Of a stretch of 64,000 nt of DNA, positions 1 through 12,901 are shown piece by piece. A program made the position numbers and the translations under genes. Numbering within the stretch: position 1 is the stretch's first letter; the number at the start of each line of letters is the position of its first letter. The stretch spans positions 3,844,001-3,908,000 of the forward strand of contig NC_089431.1 of NCBI RefSeq assembly GCF_026210795.1. Reading direction: 5' to 3'. This DNA is from Rhizophagus irregularis (lineage: Eukaryota). The notes under the pieces were generated by a model that saw only the letters and a list, made by a program, of their open reading frames with translations, did not search any database and was not told the DNA's origin.

Positions 1-2058
1 ATTAATAAATGGAATAAAGGAGTTCAATGATCTACTTATATAAAACGCTTTTGAATGAGGTTTCTCGGTAAATTCAGGACCGAGCTTCTTTAATTCTATT
101 GATTTTAATCTTTTTACTTCAGCTTGATTAAAATTTTCATAATCTCCTTGTAAAAATGCCCACGCATAAGTAACTTCAAGAATTTCTTTTGCAGAAGGTC
201 TTTTTAAAGGATCAGAATTCCAACATTTTTTCATTAAATTAGCATAACAAACAGGAGTATCATCTGTGATGTTGGGGGTTTTTCCATCAATAATTTTATA
301 GATAAGTTCCGTATTATGTTCAATATTATCAAAAGGTTTGCAACCCGTCGTAAGTTCCCACATAATCATACCCATACTATATATATCAGAATTCTTTGAA
401 AATGTAACGCCTTGGAATATTTCTGGTGCGATGTAAGGTATTACTCCGTATATTTCATTATTTAATGAAGTACTATTTGCAGGTTGTGATAATCCTAAAT
501 CGCCGATTTTCCACTTACTAGATGATTCAGTTTCTAACAACATATTTCCGCTGTGTAAGTCACGATGTATAAAATTTACCTCATGAATAGTATGAAGCCT
601 GAAAATAAAATAAATTAATGTATATTTTAAATATAAAAGAAAATGATAATTACCATATTTAAAAGATGTATATTTACCCTGCCGAAATTTGCCACAAGAT
701 ATAAAGCTTTTTATTCCAAATGATATCTTTAAAATTTTTTTGTAAATAATCATGTAAATTACCACCTGACGCATATTTCATTATTAACATATAATCTTTA
801 GTTTCAGGTTCTCTCGTAATACCATGATAATTAATTATATGATCAAATTTGTTATAACATTGATAAAGTGACTTTATCTAAAGAAATGTATAGTTAGATT
901 AATAAAAAACTGTAATATTTATATCAAAGTAAATGAATAAGTAATAACTTCATTTACCTCATTTAAAAAATATTTGTCCATATTTTGTGAGTTTAAAAAC
1001 CTTTTTATAGCCACGGGTTTATTTTTTTCTCTAATGCTTAAAAAATCATCATATTGTGAACTAGCATCTAACCAAGTTGCTTTATAAATAATACCAAACC
1101 CTCCCTCAGCTATTTTTTTACAATTTGTAATTTGAGAATATGGTATCCATTCCATTATTGGTTTTGATAAAGCATTCTTAAGTTCATGTTTGATGTCATT
1201 ATACTTATCCAACGGATTACTACAATTTTCATAATCTTTGCGAATATCACTTATACAATTAATAATTTGATCGTTATTATTAATATTTAATCTTGTAGAA
1301 ACAAGAAATTCTTCTATATTTAAGTTTCCACTATTAATACTTGAAGTATCAATAGCTATGTATGTTGTTCTTTTACATTTCTTACATTGAGATTGATTTG
1401 TAATCCCGAAAATAATATTTGTTGTTAAACAATAACTGCATCCTGTGTAAATTATATAACAATGTAAACACCATTTTTGGCATTCGGGTTTAAATTCCAA
1501 CACTTTATCGCACACGACGCATAGATCAGAAGCGTCCCACCATGGTAAATAAAGAATTGGAATAGGTACTTTAGTCAATGCTGATTCTATCCATCCAGAA
1601 GATATTAAATAACAAAAAGAGCATAACGTAAGTTTGATATTATATTTCGAACTTATCATCAATTTTTCGCATAAGTTGCAGTATTTTTCACACTCGATAA
1701 TCTCACTATTAAAAGTGTCGTAGCGTATTAAAGAACATGTTGATGGAATTATTTGTTTAAAATACCATTTTTGTAAACTTGGCGTACCAAATTCTATATT
1801 TTTAATCGATTCATTTTCATATTTAATATTTGTACTTATTTGTATATCTAGGCACTTACTAGGATTATTATCAATAAACTTTTTTATACAATGTTCGCAA
1901 TATTTTTGTTTGAAAAAAGGCGTTTCGGAATATTCAACGTTACAATTACTACATTTATTCTCATTATTAAAAGAAATAAAACAAATAGGTACGTGACTAG
2001 GTTTTAAATTTGGCGTAGGATCAAAAAACAGTTTATCACTGTCTGTATATTTCATCAT
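1..2058 (-). CDS. Protein kinase (TKL-like, Glomeromycota-expanded family) with Cys-rich multi-CxxC N-terminal domain; 3' end runs off the window
   Basis: Predicted exons 2058-958, 877-678, 598-<1 with GT..AG introns that splice in frame. Motifs IAEGGFGIIYKA, VAIK, HRDLHSGN, DLGLS, YIAPE, DIYSMG. Confidence 0.93.
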
Positions 2059-2897
2059 TTTTTTTAAAAAAAAAACGAAAACGATTTTATAGTATTCAAG
2101 TCTTGATATACTAGTATGGTATATATATATAAAAAAAAATTTTTTTTAGATCGGAAAATGTAAATTTATTCCATATGGCGTTATGCGGAGTAAATATTAA
2201 CCCGCGATTTCATTTAAGAAATCGTCAAAAAAAAGCACTGGTTGGCCGGAATTATGCGTGAACAGTGCGGTGGCAAATAATGTGTGTCGAATAAGTTTTA
2301 CTCGTCCCTCAGATAAATATAATCAATGAAAACACTGAGGGATATGACGGATGTGACGGATGTGATGTTTTGTCAAATGATTTTTCGATGCATTAAATAT
2401 TACTTAATGATGAATCTCAATTTTAATTTTTTTTTTGTTTAAAATCAATTTAACCTTATAAAAAAATTCGGCCTATATTCGGCCAAAATTAAAATTATTC
2501 GACCTAAATCAGTAATGATCTACTATTCGGTCTTGGCAAAATTTTTGCCGATTGGTCATACGTTTTTGAACAATGGCAAATCAGTAAACTATATTTTTTA
2601 GACTATTTCATCCCTTCCCGGTAATGATCCTTAATTTGCGTCAACTTTATACACACGATTTACTTGGACATATCGCAACGATGTGAAACCATATCTTGAC
2701 CAAGTCTTTATTATAAGATCCACGATAACATTTCGACTTGGTCACGAGATGAAATTAAGTCTAAACGTCACATGTTTAATGAATTAAAATTTGTAACCTT
2801 ATATATAAATCTATTCCGTGTTTTTATATTCCATGTTAATAGAAATTACGGATAAAATTTTTTATAAAATCGGAAGCCTGAACCTTGTTATCTAGAT

Positions 2898-3061
2898 TAG
2901 TGGAATCGATAATCGAATCAAAATCGAATCTCATTTGTTGAAGAGAAAATATTGAAATTAAGCAAAAAAATTAATTTAGCATTACATCTAAAATTTAAGT
3001 GCATGATTTAAAATATTTTTAAAAAAATCTATAAAGATTCGATAATCGATTCCCATCCCTA
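2898..3061. mobile_element. Short hAT-like MITE (TAGGGATGGGAATCGA-type TIR)
   Basis: Left end tag..tggaatcgat (small deletion), right end atcgattcccatcccta. Flanks atctagat (2890-2897) / atccagat (3062-3069) give a 7/8 TSD. Similar ends to 40212-40437. Confidence 0.65.
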
Positions 3062-3664
3062 ATCCAGATTAAACCTTGGAACATTTTCATAGTGAAATAA
3101 ATATGTCATTTTTAAATTTTAACTGGTAAAAAAAATAACTAGTTGATGCAAAACAATGAAAATTTTTCTATTGCAATATTAATTATAATTTACGTGATTT
3201 TCTGATTGCATTTTCTTTTAATTTATATTTGGTCTTAAAAGGTTCATTGTTACAGAATATAAGAGAATAAATCAAAATCTGCACTTTATGAATAAAGTAA
3301 TAAATTTTTTTTCCATTTTTGTCAGTCTATAAAAAATTAAACAAGTATCTGCAATAAGATGTTGTGCGTCAGCTGTCGGTTGACAGCTGAAGTGGGGCTG
3401 GCCTAGAATGCCGGTCAGAACACTTAAGGCGTTATAATATTGGGCAACGAAACGAACGGTATCTGACACACAACATAAATAAGGCGCATGCGCAGCTCTG
3501 AAGATAAATTATTTTAAATTGCCTGAATTATTTATTTACATATAATTTTACGTAATAATAGTCTTATCATTCGATTGAAGGATAGAAAATGATTTGAGGA
3601 ACCTGTATTTATGTTATATTGTTGATTCCATCTACAAATATAAATAAAGCAGACATAAAATAAT

Positions 3665-3848
3665 CCCTACAAAAAATTTTATCAGTTATTTCTGTAAAAA
3701 CTCCGTAAATGAGCCTTTCACGGATCCATTCACGGAAAATGTAAATAATTCGATAAATTCCGTGATACAAGGTTATTAATTCTGGAAATATGAGCCTTTT
3801 ACGGAAAAAAGACGAAATATAAAAAACAGATTGACTTTTTTTACAGGG
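3665..3848. mobile_element. MITE with CCCT(A)n-type terminal inverted repeats
   Basis: ccctacaaaaaa ... ttttttacaggg. Internal tttctgtaaaaactccgt motif recurs at ~7328 and inverted at ~12146-12165. Confidence 0.55.
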
Positions 3849-4202
3849 AATAATATATTATTTATTATTGTTTAACAAAATGTATGTATGTGGAAAAATT
3901 ATGTTGTTTTTTTTTTAAAAAAGAATTCGAAATAGTTTATACGGATTAAGTTTTAGTTTGTAAAAAATATTTATTTATAAAATGAGAAAGAAAAAAGAAA
4001 ACCGTTGCATATTTGATCATGCATGACAACTGTTCGATAATCAGTCCAAAAATGTTGTACAATTTCTGCCGTAGGTACCAATGCTATTATTGGTTGAAAT
4101 TTCGTGGATTATTTTTATTTTTCAAAGGAATTCTATCAAAGAATTTTAGAATTCTATCAAATGCTTGCTTACGTGATCATGAATACGATTTGTTTTTATG
4201 TT

Positions 4203-4266
4203 GATCACTTGATGATCGGAATGTCGATCATCAAGTGATTTTGGCCAAAGTGATCGACATTCTGAT
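4203..4266. repeat. Palindromic mini-element, same family as 40449-40528
   Basis: cacttgatgatcggaatgt shared with 40446-40464; nested inverted repeats tcacttgatgatcg/cgatcatcaagtga. Confidence 0.6.
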
Positions 4267-5384
4267 CCCACATGCTTATAATTCATAGAAAAAGCACAGA
4301 GAAATTTTGAAGTTCACGGCAGTTCAGAAAAAATTTGAAAAGTTCGGTCATAAAATTATGGTTTCCAAACGTTTCACCAAATTATTTTGTATTACGTTGT
4401 AAGAATTATTGTAAAAGGAAAAATCTACATGACGTAAACTTAAACTTGACTTTACGTATTAGTAAATACAATGAAACATTTACGTAAAATATTAATTGTT
4501 TATTGATTTGATTTTTTTCTTAAAAAAAAAAAAGGATTTTCTTTCGTTTTTAGAAAACTTTCTAGCATATCTTGTGACGAAATTCAACGATAAGAAACTT
4601 TTTTCGAAGAAAAATAGAAAATTCTATATATTCATTCTTTCAGATGCTCCTTATAGTAATAATTAATCTAGCACTAGTTTGAAATTTTTCTGAAAAGAAT
4701 TATGATGCGGCATAATCTGATGAAAATGACATCCACTGTAGGACAGTTCACAATGTGACTTGCATTAATAACTTCTTTTGTGTCGCTAAAACAATTATGT
4801 TAAATTATTGCAAATTTGTCTTTTCGGGTTCCTCTTTATTCATAAATTCATTAATTACGAAATTCTTTTATGAGAATACATTGTAAAAAAAATCATCGCC
4901 TATAAAGATAAAAACATAATCCTAATAAACATCTTTAATTTCAATTAGCAAAACTAAGTGTTAGTCGTCAGGATAATTTTCTCAGACGTTCATTTAATAA
5001 TAAATCAATATAAAATTTGTTAAATAGTATGCTTACAAGAAGATACGTGTTAAATTCACGAGGATATATGAAAACAATGATGATCATGCGGAATAAATTA
5101 TTGTAAATATTCAATTTTCACGTGTTAATAAAATGTACTAAAAAGGAAAATTATATGGAAGCATCTTCTTTTCGTTGATTTTTTAATTTTTATTAATAGC
5201 TGTACGCATGGAATTTTTAATAGTTAGAAAAATAGGGCTGACTTTTATTATCATATGGTTCTGTGCTTTATAATTTTAATAATACCTTTTTTGATTGATC
5301 GATTAAACGATTTTGGGGTTTTTAAAAAATTAACCTAACATGTACAGTATATCCAGATCAACTGATTTCTTGAAGAATAGTTTC

Positions 5385-6245
5385 TCACATGACATGATTT
5401 TTTAGGTTATCAGTTAGTTTACTATCAGGGTGTAAATTTAAAAAAATTTTCAATAAATCCTTGTATAATTCCTTTGGTAAAATTTTCTTATAAGGTAATA
5501 CTACTTCAGAAAATTCTCTAGAAGTTATATTACTAAATTTAATAAAATGAATGAGTTGTCGTAAAGTATTCTTTAATACATTGAAATTTTCTTTTGAAAA
5601 GGTTGCAGGATTAGAAGGAAGTTCAAGATTCTGAGCAAGTCCCCATTTAATCACATATTTCCAAACTTGAATTTCGCTCATTTGAAGGTTATTATTTTGA
5701 ACAATTGAAATTAAAAGTTTTTCCGGAATTGAATTGATTTAAGAATCTTATCTGGTCCCTTTGAAATTAAGTCAGTGCAATAATTTTGAAAGAATCATTT
5801 TCAAAACTTGTTTGATATACGAGATTAAAATTTTATTCCATCCAATTTTTATTATTTTTAATTATATAAAGTTGTAAATAACTGACTAATTCTTGAAGAT
5901 TAGCTCATTACGGCAATCAAGATTTTAATAATATCTGAAGTGTCACATTCTTTATATTATAAAATAATAACCTTATTTAATGTATTACATACCTTAAAAT
6001 TATTTGAAAAATTTCAGGTAAGATATTTGGTAATTTAATATGTACCAAAATTTCATCATTTTTCTTTTATTTGTTGACAAAATTCTTCGTAAATAATTAG
6101 AACGGTAGTTTAGAATGACCATGTGAGCACGGAATACTTTTACGTAAGGGTCATTGCCAACTTCGATAGTAATATAATAATATTCATCATCATCCAAAAT
6201 TTTGAGTAAATTTTGTGATAATTTTGATAAAAAATTTATCATCAT
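5385..6245 (-). pseudogene. BTB/POZ-BACK domain pseudogene (TLDc part not found)
   Basis: FLSKLSQNLLKILDDDEYY.ITIEVGNDPYVKVFRAHMVILNYRS and IQVWKYVIKWGLAQN resemble the paralogs at 60-64 kb. Frameshift in the A-run near 6060, deletions at 5700-5990, and the ORF stops before TLDc. Confidence 0.88.
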
Positions 6246-7520
6246 CCATTATAATTAATTTTTTTTTAAAAAAAAAAATAAAGAAATTCTATTTCTGCAG
6301 ATCTGCCGCTGTGGGAACGAATTTTTTAGTCGTAAAAAAGTTTGAAATGGAACCTTATTTATTTAGGATTTTATGATGATCCATCCATAATCAGCAGAAG
6401 CAATGAGACTTTATATTACTGCGGATTTACGTGCCTTAGAATGAGAACGATTCGGGTCGGTTACTGAAAGTAATCAAAGAACTGAACGCGATATAATTAA
6501 TTTTTAACCAAAAAATATACAAATGGCGGATCTATCAAATATTTAGTTTACGAAAGTAGGCATTCAACAGTTTTAATAATTGCACTGACGTGACTGGAAA
6601 GAGGACAGATAAAATATTAACGTTGTTATTTTATTTTCTTTGGTAGCCAGACTTAAACTAGAAGCAGTTCCTTCTATAGATAATGTCAGCCATAATTTAT
6701 ATGCTGACTGGCATTATTGTAATTCCGGCCCTGAAAATATACGTATGGGTCGTATGGTTAATATGTTAAATTTTCAATATCACTGAATTAAGGCGATCAT
6801 TAGTATAAATTAACTCTTAATAAAAAAGTACTTTATTTTACTCATGTAAAATATGGTGATACCCAATCATTAAAATTGATTTTGTTTATTAAATTTCTAT
6901 TTGAATTTTTTTTTCACTCCAAAAACAAAGTCAAGGAGAATTTGGTATTAACATTTATATTACATCTTTTTTAAGAACACATTGATGAGAGAAACTATAA
7001 TAAAAAAATTTATTTTGCTTATTTTTGGACAAATTAAAAACACGGAATTTTACGTAATTAAATTTCGTCATGTATTACTTTCAAATTATTCATGAATGAT
7101 AATTGTTTGCTTATACACCACAAGTATTTCACATTTGTTTATGCATATTTAATTCCTCCTAAAGAATTCGAATGGACGATGAGAAAAAATGCGATAAAGC
7201 TACTGATTTCAAAATCAAGCAAAAAAATAAAAATAAAGTAAAATTGAAGGAAATATAGAATATTCCATATAGAATATTCCTTTATTCTGAATTATTCATA
7301 TATACTTTATAAAAATATTATCCATAATTTCTGTAAAAACTCCGTGAATATGATACATTTATGGAAATAACACGGAATAAAAAACATGGAACAAATTTTT
7401 TTATAAGGATGACGAATGACGATTTAAAATTTAAATTATTTATTGTGGCTGTATCATTAAAGGTTATTCGGTGAATTCTTATTTAGAAAGATTGATGTAA
7501 AAATATCAATCAGCTTAAAA

Positions 7521-8547
7521 TAGAGTCTAGATCCGTTAATCCGGATACCAGATTTGAGTTTATCCGTTCAATCAATCTGAATAAACGGAGAATTTTCCGG
7601 ATTTATCCGGATATCTGCAGAATGTCGAATCTATTTAAATATATGATTTTTAATTAATAATAAGAACAAAAAACACTTATATAAATCAGGTATGACATAC
7701 CCACATATACCTCTGGTGATACAAAAGTGAACTTAGTATAAATTTTATTACCAAGAAAAAACTCTTCGATCAATTAATACACTCGTTTGAAAAAGAAATA
7801 TAATACAAATAAAAAAAAATGAAATTAATGTTACTCCTTCCTCGGTTCTTCAAGAATGTCAATGAGAACGTAACCGTCGTAACCTTTTATTATCAGATGA
7901 TTAAGCTCATGTGATGATTAACATGAAAACATTTTAGTAAGATAATGGATTTGTTTTTTTTCATAAAAAAATTAATTTTCGTTTTTTTTTTAAGTGAAAA
8001 ACAGCTGATTTTTTTTTAATCAAAAAAAAATTAGACGCGTTTTTTATATTAAAAAAAATACATTACATTTAATAAAAACCTTTTTATCTATAAAAAAAAA
8101 AATGCTAATTGCATTTTTATATTAAAAAGATGCGTTTTGTTAACTATAATAATAAAATAACAACTTACAGTTTTTTAATATCAGTTGTCAGTTTTTTTAA
8201 TATAGAGAACCAATTTTTATTTTTTTATTAAAAAATTTGCCGGGTTGTCTAATAGCCAAAATTAACGCCGATCCTAAAAAACGTCATTTATTACTTTAAA
8301 CATTTCTTTATATCTTTTTTTTTTTTGATAATTTTTATAAAGAAAAACTTAGATTGGTGAATAGTTTAACCAATAAGTCAACGTGTGTATTAAAGGTGGA
8401 AATGTGGATAAATTGTTTTTTGGCCCATTTTTGTATTTCAGATTGGCAACGCAATTGCATCAATGAAAGAGCGATAATTTCAATCAAATCGTGTGGTTTG
8501 CATCACATGCATTTTTTTTTTTTAGCGTAGATATCGGATAAACTCTA
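7521..8547. mobile_element. Non-autonomous hAT-like element (~1 kb)
   Basis: Ends tagagtctagatccg / cggataaactcta. Flanks gcttaaaa (7513-7520) / gcttaata (8548-8555). ATCCG/CGGAT subterminal repeats. Confidence 0.55.
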
Positions 8548-9639
8548 GCTTAATAATATTTATTCATACACCATGCAGATGTCTTTTATCGCAGAAGATA
8601 ATATAACTAATGATCGAGAACATTACATTACGACTAAATAAAAATACTAATTAATAATCATAATCGTCAAGACTTGAACAAAATATTTAGCCATCAGGTA
8701 TTAGTGTGATTTTTTTTTATATTAACAGATGAATATTTTTTGTGTACTTTATTTGAGATATTTCAGATTTTAAATAATGTTTTTCCCGAGAATTTAGTTT
8801 TATTAGATCAATAAATAAATGTTCCTTTATAGTTCTTTATTTATTTATTTATTTTACAATTTGAAATAATTCGTATTCTTCTAAAACAAACTTGCAAATT
8901 CTAAAGTTCTACCACATTATCTTCATTTAGAATATTTGATTTGGAATCACGGCGATCATATATTATACCCATGAACGCAATAAAAGAAACTCGTTAATTA
9001 TAACTGTGAAGTTCCTCTAATTTATTTCATATCTATAATCTATACAGTGATTACTGCTAAGTACTGTTAACAAATACATGCATAAAGATTACATAATGTT
9101 ACATACAGTACATTAGGTACAAAGGCGATTATGCATTTTTTTTTTCTTGGCAAAATTACATTAAAATATTAATAAAATTTAATAAAATTTAATAAAACAA
9201 GCAAGTACCGAATTAAATTAACGTCCTTACCTAACAATAGAACCAACCGTTCTTAATAAATTAAAATTATGATTTTTGAGTTCTTTTAATTTGTAAAATA
9301 TAATATAACCATTAAAAAACTTAGAAAAATTTTTAGTTGCATTTAAATACTAGGAACCTTAACAAGATGTCATATAATGTTTGGTGATTGATAACGGAAT
9401 GTGGCGTTAATATTTATGAGAGTATCCAGAAAGGAAAACGCCGATAGAATATTTTACTTAAATAACGCCCAACTGCATTATAAACATAGCACAGTCCGGT
9501 TTGGTCCGATTGACATATTTGGATACTAATTATTTTAATTCATGATTCGTCGACCATATAAAAAACCACTTCAATTAAGATGCGTTGGTTATGATATATT
9601 TACGAAAAGGAGGTACTCATTTTATGTCACTGAATGAAT

Positions 9640-11799
9640 TTATGAATTTATGTCAAAATCGTATTCTTTCGTGATATATACTAAAAATAATGGTCCATTT
9701 ATTATTGATTTTAAATGATGTACGATAGTAATATACATAATACGCACCTGGTGTACTTATCAAAGATGAGCTATTAAATGAAATAAAGGAGTTCAATGAT
9801 CTACTTGTATAAAATGCTTGTGAATGAGTTTTCTCGATAAAATCAGGACCGAGCTCCTTTAGTTCTATTGATTTTAATCTTTTTATTTCAGCTTGATTGA
9901 ACTTTTCACAATCCTTTTGTAAAAATGTCCACGCATAAGTAATGTCAAGTATTTCTTTTGCAGAAGGTCTTTTTGAAGGATCAGAATTCCAACATTTACT
10001 CATTAAATTAGCATAACAATCAGGAGTATCATCTGTAATTTTAGGCTTTTTTCCATCAATAATTCTATAGATAAGTTCCGTATTATGTTCAATATTATCA
10101 AAAGGTTTGCAACCCGTCGTAAGTTCCCACATAATCATACCCATACTATATATATCAGAATTCTTTGAAAATGCTTTACCCTGAAATATTTCTGGTGCGA
10201 TATAGGGTATTACTCCGTATATTTCATTATTTAATGAAGTACTATTGGCAGGTTGTGATAATCCTAAATCACCAATTTTCCACTTTCCAGATGATTCAGT
10301 TTCTAACAATATATTTCCACTGTGAAAATCTCGATGTATAAAATTTACCTCATGAATAGTATGAAGTCTAAGAAAAAAAAAATTAAAAATATGTAAGAAA
10401 ATAATATAGCTATATTATAAAAATTGTATATTCACCCAGCTGAAATTTGCCATAATATATAAAGCTTATTATTCCAAGTAACATCCTTAAAATTTTTTTT
10501 TAAGTAATCATGTAAATTACCACCGTACGCATATTTCATTATTAACATATAATCATTCGTTTTAAGATCTCTTGTAATACCATAATATCTAATTATATGG
10601 TCAAATTTATTATAGCACTGGTAAAGTGATTTTAGCTAAAGAAACCTTTATAGTTAGATCAATCAAAATGCGTAATATTATCGAAGTAAAGGAATAAATA
10701 ATACCTCATCTAGAAAATATTTGTCCATATCTTTTGAGTTTAAAAACCTTTTTATAGCCACGGTTTTATCTTTTTCTCTAATGCTTAAAAAATCATCATA
10801 TCGAGAGCTAGCATCTAACCAAATTGCTTTATAAATAATACCAAACCCTCCTTCAGCTATTTTTTCACAATTTGTAATTTGAGAATATGGTATCCATTCC
10901 ATTATTGGTTTTGATAAAGCATTCTTAAGATCACGTTTGATGTCACTATACTTATCCAACGGATTACAATTTTCATAATCTTTGTTAACATTATTTATGC
11001 AGTCAATAATCTGATCGTTATTATTAATATTTAATCTTGTAGAAACAAGAAATTCTTCTATATATAAGTTTCCGCTATTAATACTTGAAGTATCAATAGC
11101 TATGCATGTTATTCTTTTACATTTCTTACATTGAGATTGGTTTGTAATTCCAAAAATAATATTGGTTGTTAAACAATATCTACATCCTGTGTAAATTATA
11201 TAGCAGTGTAAACACCATCTTTGACATTCAGGTATAAATTTTAACACTTTATCACATAAAATACATCTTTCGACAGCATCCCACCATGGTAAATAAAGAA
11301 TTGGAATAAGTACTTTGGTCAACGCTGATTTTATCCACCCAGAAGATATTAAATAACAAGAACTACATAACGTAAGTTTGATATTATATTTCGAACTTAT
11401 CATCAATTTTTCACATAAGTTACAGTTTTTTTCGCACTCAATTATCTCGCTATTAAAGGAATCGTAATTTAGTAAAGAATATGTCGATGGAATTATTTGT
11501 TTAAAATACCATTTTTGTCTACTTAACGTACTAAGTTCTACATTTTTAGTCGCTTTACGTTTATTATTTGTATTTATTTGTACTATATCAAAGTACTCAA
11601 TAGGTTTATTAGTAAACTTTTTCATACAAATTTTGCAATATTTTTGTTTAAAATAAAATGTCTCAGAATATTCAAAGTTACAATTATTACATATGTTCTC
11701 ATTATTAAAAGGAATGAAAAAAATAGGTCCGCGATCAGATTTTAATCTTGGCGTAGGATTAAATGAATCAGATGATTTATCATCATCTGTAGATTTCAT
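9640..11799 (-). CDS. Protein kinase (TKL-like) with Cys-rich N-terminal domain; close paralog of 1-2058
   Basis: Predicted exons 11799-10705, 10635-10436, 10367-9748, 9680-9640 splice in frame. Motifs HRDFHSGN, DLGLS, YIAPE. Last exon VYITKEYDFDINS*. Confidence 0.93.
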
Positions 11800-12867
11800 T
11801 TTTTTTTTAAAAAAAAAAAAGAAAGAAACGAAACGGTTTTATAGCATTTTAAAACGGATATTCCGAATGCGGTTGAGAAAAGAGATTCAATCAGTATAAT
11901 TTAAAAATTTTTTTTTATATATCAATATTAATACATATATGGTAAAAAAAATCAGGCAACCCTAGAAATCTAAACTTTAAACTGGTATAAAAGTAAATAT
12001 TTGATTATTTCTAAATTAAAATTTATATATGTGTTTATTATATGTATATACTACATAATGCACTAATTCCATCTTTTTTCCGTAAAAGGCTGAATTAATA
12101 ACCTTGTATAACGGCCAAATTGTTTACATTTTCCGTGAATAGCATTTTTACGGAGTTTTTATAGAAATAACGGATAAAATTTTTATATGGATGATTAAAA
12201 ATTTTTTTTCTTCGCAATAAAATAAGAAAAATCAATTTTTTTGTTAAAATAAAGAAATTTTTATTAAAATGATTTGCATACATTATGTGCATTGATTTAT
12301 TAGTAACAAAGAAACTTTTTTAACCAAATATGTAGTTATGTAGTTATACAATCAGAAAATCACGTACCTTATTATTAAAATTGTAGAAAAAACGGGTCAA
12401 TTTTTTTTACAGGTAGGGCATAAACTTGTTCGTTCTTTATGGCATTTATGGCAAATAAAAAATTATTTAGTTATATTGTCATTTTTGGAATATTGTTTCC
12501 AAATCGGTTATTCATTTACCGACCATATATTAACAAATTAGTCAATAAATTGTACTAATTTACTAAAAAAGATAAAATTTTTTGATCGGTCTTATTAGAC
12601 AAATCGGTCGATTGAAGAGTGAAAAATAATAGAAAATAATTTGAGGAACCTGTTTCTTATTGTAAAAAAAAAAATGATTTCATCCACAAATATAAACAAA
12701 TCAGCTGCAAATAAAAAATAATACAGTATTGTTTAACAAAATGTATTTTTTCAAACCCTATAAAAAATTTTTCAGGAAAAATGATCACGTGTCTGAGTTT
12801 CTTCGGAATAAAAACTAGAAAAATGATCATTTATTCAGAATTTTTTTATAGGAAAAGTATATGAAAT

Positions 12868-12901
<34 letters not shown>

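Noticed and set aside
3272..3469. 65-aa minus-strand ORF over the GC-rich island
   Set aside because: Non-ATG start and no recognisable motif; better explained by the structured GC-rich sequence.
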